DNA of 64,000 nucleotides from Mytilus trossulus (Eukaryota), in the NCBI RefSeq assembly GCF_036588685.1, contig NC_086382.1, positions 44,729,552-44,793,551 of the forward strand. Reading direction: 5' to 3'. Made by a program: the position numbers and the translations under genes. Position 1 is the stretch's first letter, and the number at the start of each line of letters is the position of its first letter. Below are positions 59,801 to 64,000 of the stretch, piece after piece. Below the pieces are notes generated by a model. The model did not search any database and was not told where the DNA came from. It saw only the letters and a list, made by a program, of their open reading frames with translations.

Positions 59801-62800
59801 TGATAATGCAGCACTAATAAAAACAAAAAATCCCCTCAAAATTCTTCAAATATCAAATTGAAGCTTCCATGTCTTAAGAGGAACAATGTGCAAATAATTC
59901 TGTCAAAGTTGTGATTAATGAAATATTAAATTTAATCTTTTCAAAATTTATTTATTATTAAACATTAATCGGAATCCTGTTTTTGCCATATTTAGAAAAA
60001 TATTTTAAGTAAGGTAGCTGACTGTTTGGAAACTGTTGATTGTTAGCTCACAGTTGGATGTTTAAACTTTATATTTCTTATATTTGTTCAACACTCTGTT
60101 TAACTGCCAATTCAATACTTTAATAAAAATTTTGCCAAAAGACTTTCTATTCTTAGGTGCTTGTCATCTTTGAAAATGTATATAGACATTCAACAGAAGT
60201 GATTAGGTCAAGTAGCACAAAATTATCTAGGACACGAAAGAATGTAATGGGCTCTTTAGTTAGAAAAATTTATGCAGAGGCATTGGCATGTGATTATATT
60301 TTACTATGCAGAATAATGAAACCTTACATCCTAATTATTGACCTTCTATCTGTGATATCACATAGATTTAATTGATAGGTATATATACCAATCAACAGCT
60401 AAGGCAATACAAGTTATAGGATCAGAACTAGTAAGATACAATGAGATAACCGAAAAGTGTTTTATTGGAATAAAGGATAGACTAATTAGATCAGTGATGG
60501 ATCCAGAACTTTTCCTAAGGGGGGGCCAACTGACTGACCTAAGGGGGGCCGCTCCAGTCATGCTTCATTGATTCCCTATATAATCAACCAAATGTTTCCC
60601 ACGAAAGGGGGGCCTCAGGATCCGCCTATGTAGATGGCCATTGAAAACATTAAAACTGAAGATTCTGAGGTTTAGCCCATAACAAGACTTGTTGTCCAGG
60701 CTGACAAATGCAATGGTGAATCCAAGAGGGGGGTTCCTGGGGTTGGAACCCTCCCCATTTTTTCATTATTGATGTTTTTGAATGGGGACAGAGGGTTGGA
60801 ACACCCTCTTTTATAAATGGCTGAATTCACCCTTGAAATGAGCAAAGTGCTAGAATGTGACACTGTCCCAACATTTGCTTTCAGAATTAGTTACTGTCCC
60901 AGATCTAGTTTCCAATTTTGGATTGTATTCCAAAGATTTTTTTTCTAAATCTCTTCTTTTCTTTCTTTCTTACAAAGCCTAACATACAATGCTGCACATC
61001 AAAGCTTTAAAACCATCAGTAGATATTTCAGTTGTTTAATGTCATATTAAATGACAAGATAGGTTGATATATTACCCTAATTTAGACCTAACTTGACAAT
61101 GCATGAGTGTAAGGTTGCATATAAATGCAACATTTATTGAAATCAAATATTCACTCTATCCTGTTGGGAAAATTACACATTGTTAGTGGGTTTTTATAAA
61201 GCAGTTTTATACACTTTCATATGGTGCAATGCTTTTAAAATTTGGAATAAGAGATAGCTAAATATTTCAATTGGAGCATATGATTGGAATAACAAAACTG
61301 TTTGCAACTAATTCTTCCATTAAAAAGATAAGCTTATAAGCATTTTGAACATGTTAATTGTGGAGTCATTTAGTTAGCATGTAATTATTACAGTAAAAAG
61401 GATTTGAATTTTTTAAGTATCTGAACATGAAACCACATGTATTAAGTCAGTCCAACATATTACAAATTTTCATTTTTGATTGTCTGACAATGGAATTCAT
61501 GGACCTCCATTTCATAAAAACATGATCAAAACAATTTCAGTGCTACCTTTTCACATTTATAGATCTTTGATTTATTACCTTTTACGCATACTTAAATGTC
61601 AAGTCATCAAATTATACTACCAAATTTGATACATGTACTTTAAAAAATAAGTTTTAAAAAACTGCATTGCATTACAATAACTCAGTAAATGCCATAGAAA
61701 TTATCAAATGAGTGTTTGATCATCTTCTTCAGCATGTTCAGTTCTCATTTTGCTGCGTTTTTTTTTTTTTTTTGTGATTGTGACCTTTCTGGAAAATTCA
61801 CTCTGGCGTCGTGTTATGTAGTTTTCTCTCTAGCAAAATATCTTTAATTTAAATTCTTCTAAAGGAGTAGGTCTCGTAAGGCCCGATTTTGGCCTGTAAT
61901 TTCAAGTTCATATAAGGAAAGATTTTAGACACTTTTTAAACACTTAAGTGTCTATTCAATTGATATTAATTAGTTTATGTGAAAGATTTTAACTTAAATA
62001 GTCATTAAAAACGCTCCAATTCGAGCTTAAATATGAAAATCTATCAAATATGTCAAAAAACATAACTTTGTAGATAGTTTTTTTGTCAAAAGTGAAAGTG
62101 GCCGCATCTGTGTCCATCCTCAACCTTTATATATATTATGTATTATCATCAAATACAACTTACATTTCAAAATTATAAAAGAACACGAATAGCCACTTTC
62201 ATTTAAGACAGAAACCGTCTAAAATTTAACTAAAATGCTAAAATTGTGAAGATTTCAGTAATTTAGCACGACTTAATGATGCTAGTACTCGATATATATG
62301 TGCATTGTATTGCCATAAACAGCCCATATTTATGTAGCAGAAGCCTGTTATTTCCAATAAAAAGCTTAAAGATTACTTTTTCACAATTTTGCAAAATTGC
62401 TTTATTTTGGGGCGAAAAAGAGGATTTACTGAACCTACTCCTTTGCTTATACACTGTAAAGTCATTATTTGAAATGACAATTATTACACAGATCATAGTG
62501 TTCTCTGTTTAAAAGATATTCCTTGGATCTGAAAAGAAATTGGACATAATGTACTGATGTTTTTGTTTATTAAGGTATAATAATAAATATTAGCCTGAAT
62601 TAGTATAAATATTGTTACAAGCTTGTTAATCCTGTGGAGTAATGCCAGATAAATAGATATTGTGTTTAAGATCAGATTTGTTCTGACCAAGGCTTTGTTA
62701 TATTACTTTAAGGTTTAATATTTGTTGCATAATGAATATTTAAATTGAACATGTTATGATTTAATTTAGTTTCAGCCAAATATTATAAAAAGTCATTGTC

Positions 62801-64000
62801 TTTTGTGTTGATATTTTTGTTAGATGTCAGTTTTGTTCCTAGTAAGGTTAAACATTTGACATTTCAGGGCCTTTTATAGCTGACTATGCGGTATGAGCTT
62901 TGCTCGTTGTTGAAGGCTGTATGGTGACCTATAGTTGTTAATTTCTTTGTTATTAGGTCTCTTGTGGAGAGTTTCTCATTCAGGTTATCATACCACATCG
63001 TCTTTTTTTACATAAAACAAACTTCTGATTTTTCGAAATTGTGCATTCTTCTGCATCTTCTATTTGCTTAAACATTTTTTTTCCAGAAATTAAAGCAATG
63101 TGCAAAAGTTAACCTAGACAAAATCTAAACTGTCACTGAGCATTAATGTTGTTACTAATTGCACTCTTAAGAAGAGAAATGAACTTCAGATCTGAAACCT
63201 TTATATTATTATGGTGGCATATTTGCTGTTCATTAATCTGATTAACCCTGCAATATGACTTTGTAATAACAATAAACAAACACAATCGGATACATCTATC
63301 TTGTAATAAACAGACTAGTGAGGGTTCAGAATTAGCATCAAATCTCTAACACATCTTTAAGACTTGTGATTACTGGGTCTTTTCAGGTTCTGGCAAGTCA
63401 GCTAGGGTTATTTCTTAAATAGTCTCCAAAATAGATAAATGTTGGCAAGTGTCAGTGAGACAACAAGGCAACACAAAGCAACAAAATAATGACATTTAAA
63501 TAAAAAAAAAAAAAATACAGAAAATTATGGAAAAGCAAGTCATTTCATGTGTGAGGATTTTGCTTGCTTTATAAAGATGATGGATCCGAATCCATAAATA
63601 CTGTGACATCAAAACTTAAAATTCATGAGTGACAAAAAACAATGATTCTGACAACTTACTTTTTAAGGTTTTTGATTTGGGACGGGAACAAAAACATTTG
63701 GCAGGAAAAACAATTTTGAAAATACTTCACACTCTCCCTGTGCATGCATTTATTAATATAGAAAACCTATTGGTAAACTATTTTTTTTTCTCGTCAGCTG
63801 GAAATTGAATTCTGAAAATATTTGTTGCTAAAATTTCAAAAATCAGTGTCTCATTTTCTCTCAAGTTTTCAATTCTATTTTGATCTTATTAAAAGTTACA
63901 TAACAGTCTGTCAAACAAAGCATTAATTGCAAAAAGCAGCTGAGATTGAACCCCATTCTCTAAAATCTTAGAGCATTGGTACCAAATAATATCATATCAT

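Overview
This window is eukaryotic genomic DNA, and by inference comes from a bivalve mollusc (Mytilus-like). That inference rests on three things: the sequence is about 65-70% AT, genes are split into small exons separated by multi-kb introns, and it carries repeat hallmarks I associate with mussel/oyster genomes (dispersed 'taggagttattgccctt' modules, degenerate (GTCY)n tracts, satellite arrays). It is not a prokaryotic island. I see no defence-system operon, CRISPR array or phage module, and the six-frame ORFs in the repeats are artefacts.

Two protein-coding loci are supportable. The first is an intronless 569-aa TRIM-like gene (4379-6088, + strand) with two B-box zinc fingers, a coiled coil and an NHL-like beta-propeller tail. 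The second is the 5' end of a dystrophin-like gene on the + strand, with nine small exons between about 40.4 kb and 56.3 kb. These encode the N-terminal CH1-CH2 actin-binding domain and read exon by exon against vertebrate dystrophin (EREDVQKKTFTKW..., ...[19 protein letters not shown], ...PDKKSVMMY...FQVLP). Exon 6 of the vertebrate gene is split in two here, and a candidate first exon begins MLW..., as vertebrate Dp427m does.

The rest is repeat-dominated:
- a cluster of five copies of a 28-bp GC-rich motif (548-948);
- a 173-bp tandem array (6770-7520);
- a 455-bp foldback (8251-8705);
- several TIR-bounded MITE-like elements (10021-10239, 22164-22803, 28244-28817, 44015-44462), the last inserted into a 64-bp minisatellite with a putative AGTT target-site duplication;
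- a composite satellite block (14280-17570) made of degenerate 50-60-bp repeats, a perfect palindromic hairpin, three copies of a 500-bp unit and fifteen copies of a 61-bp unit;
- a 660-bp tandem duplication carrying G-rich tracts (23730-25030);
- a dispersed 150-bp SINE-like family (five copies);
- a dispersed family with long internal G/C-run palindromes (five copies in the dystrophin introns);
- a tRNA-derived SINE-like sequence (45096-45185).
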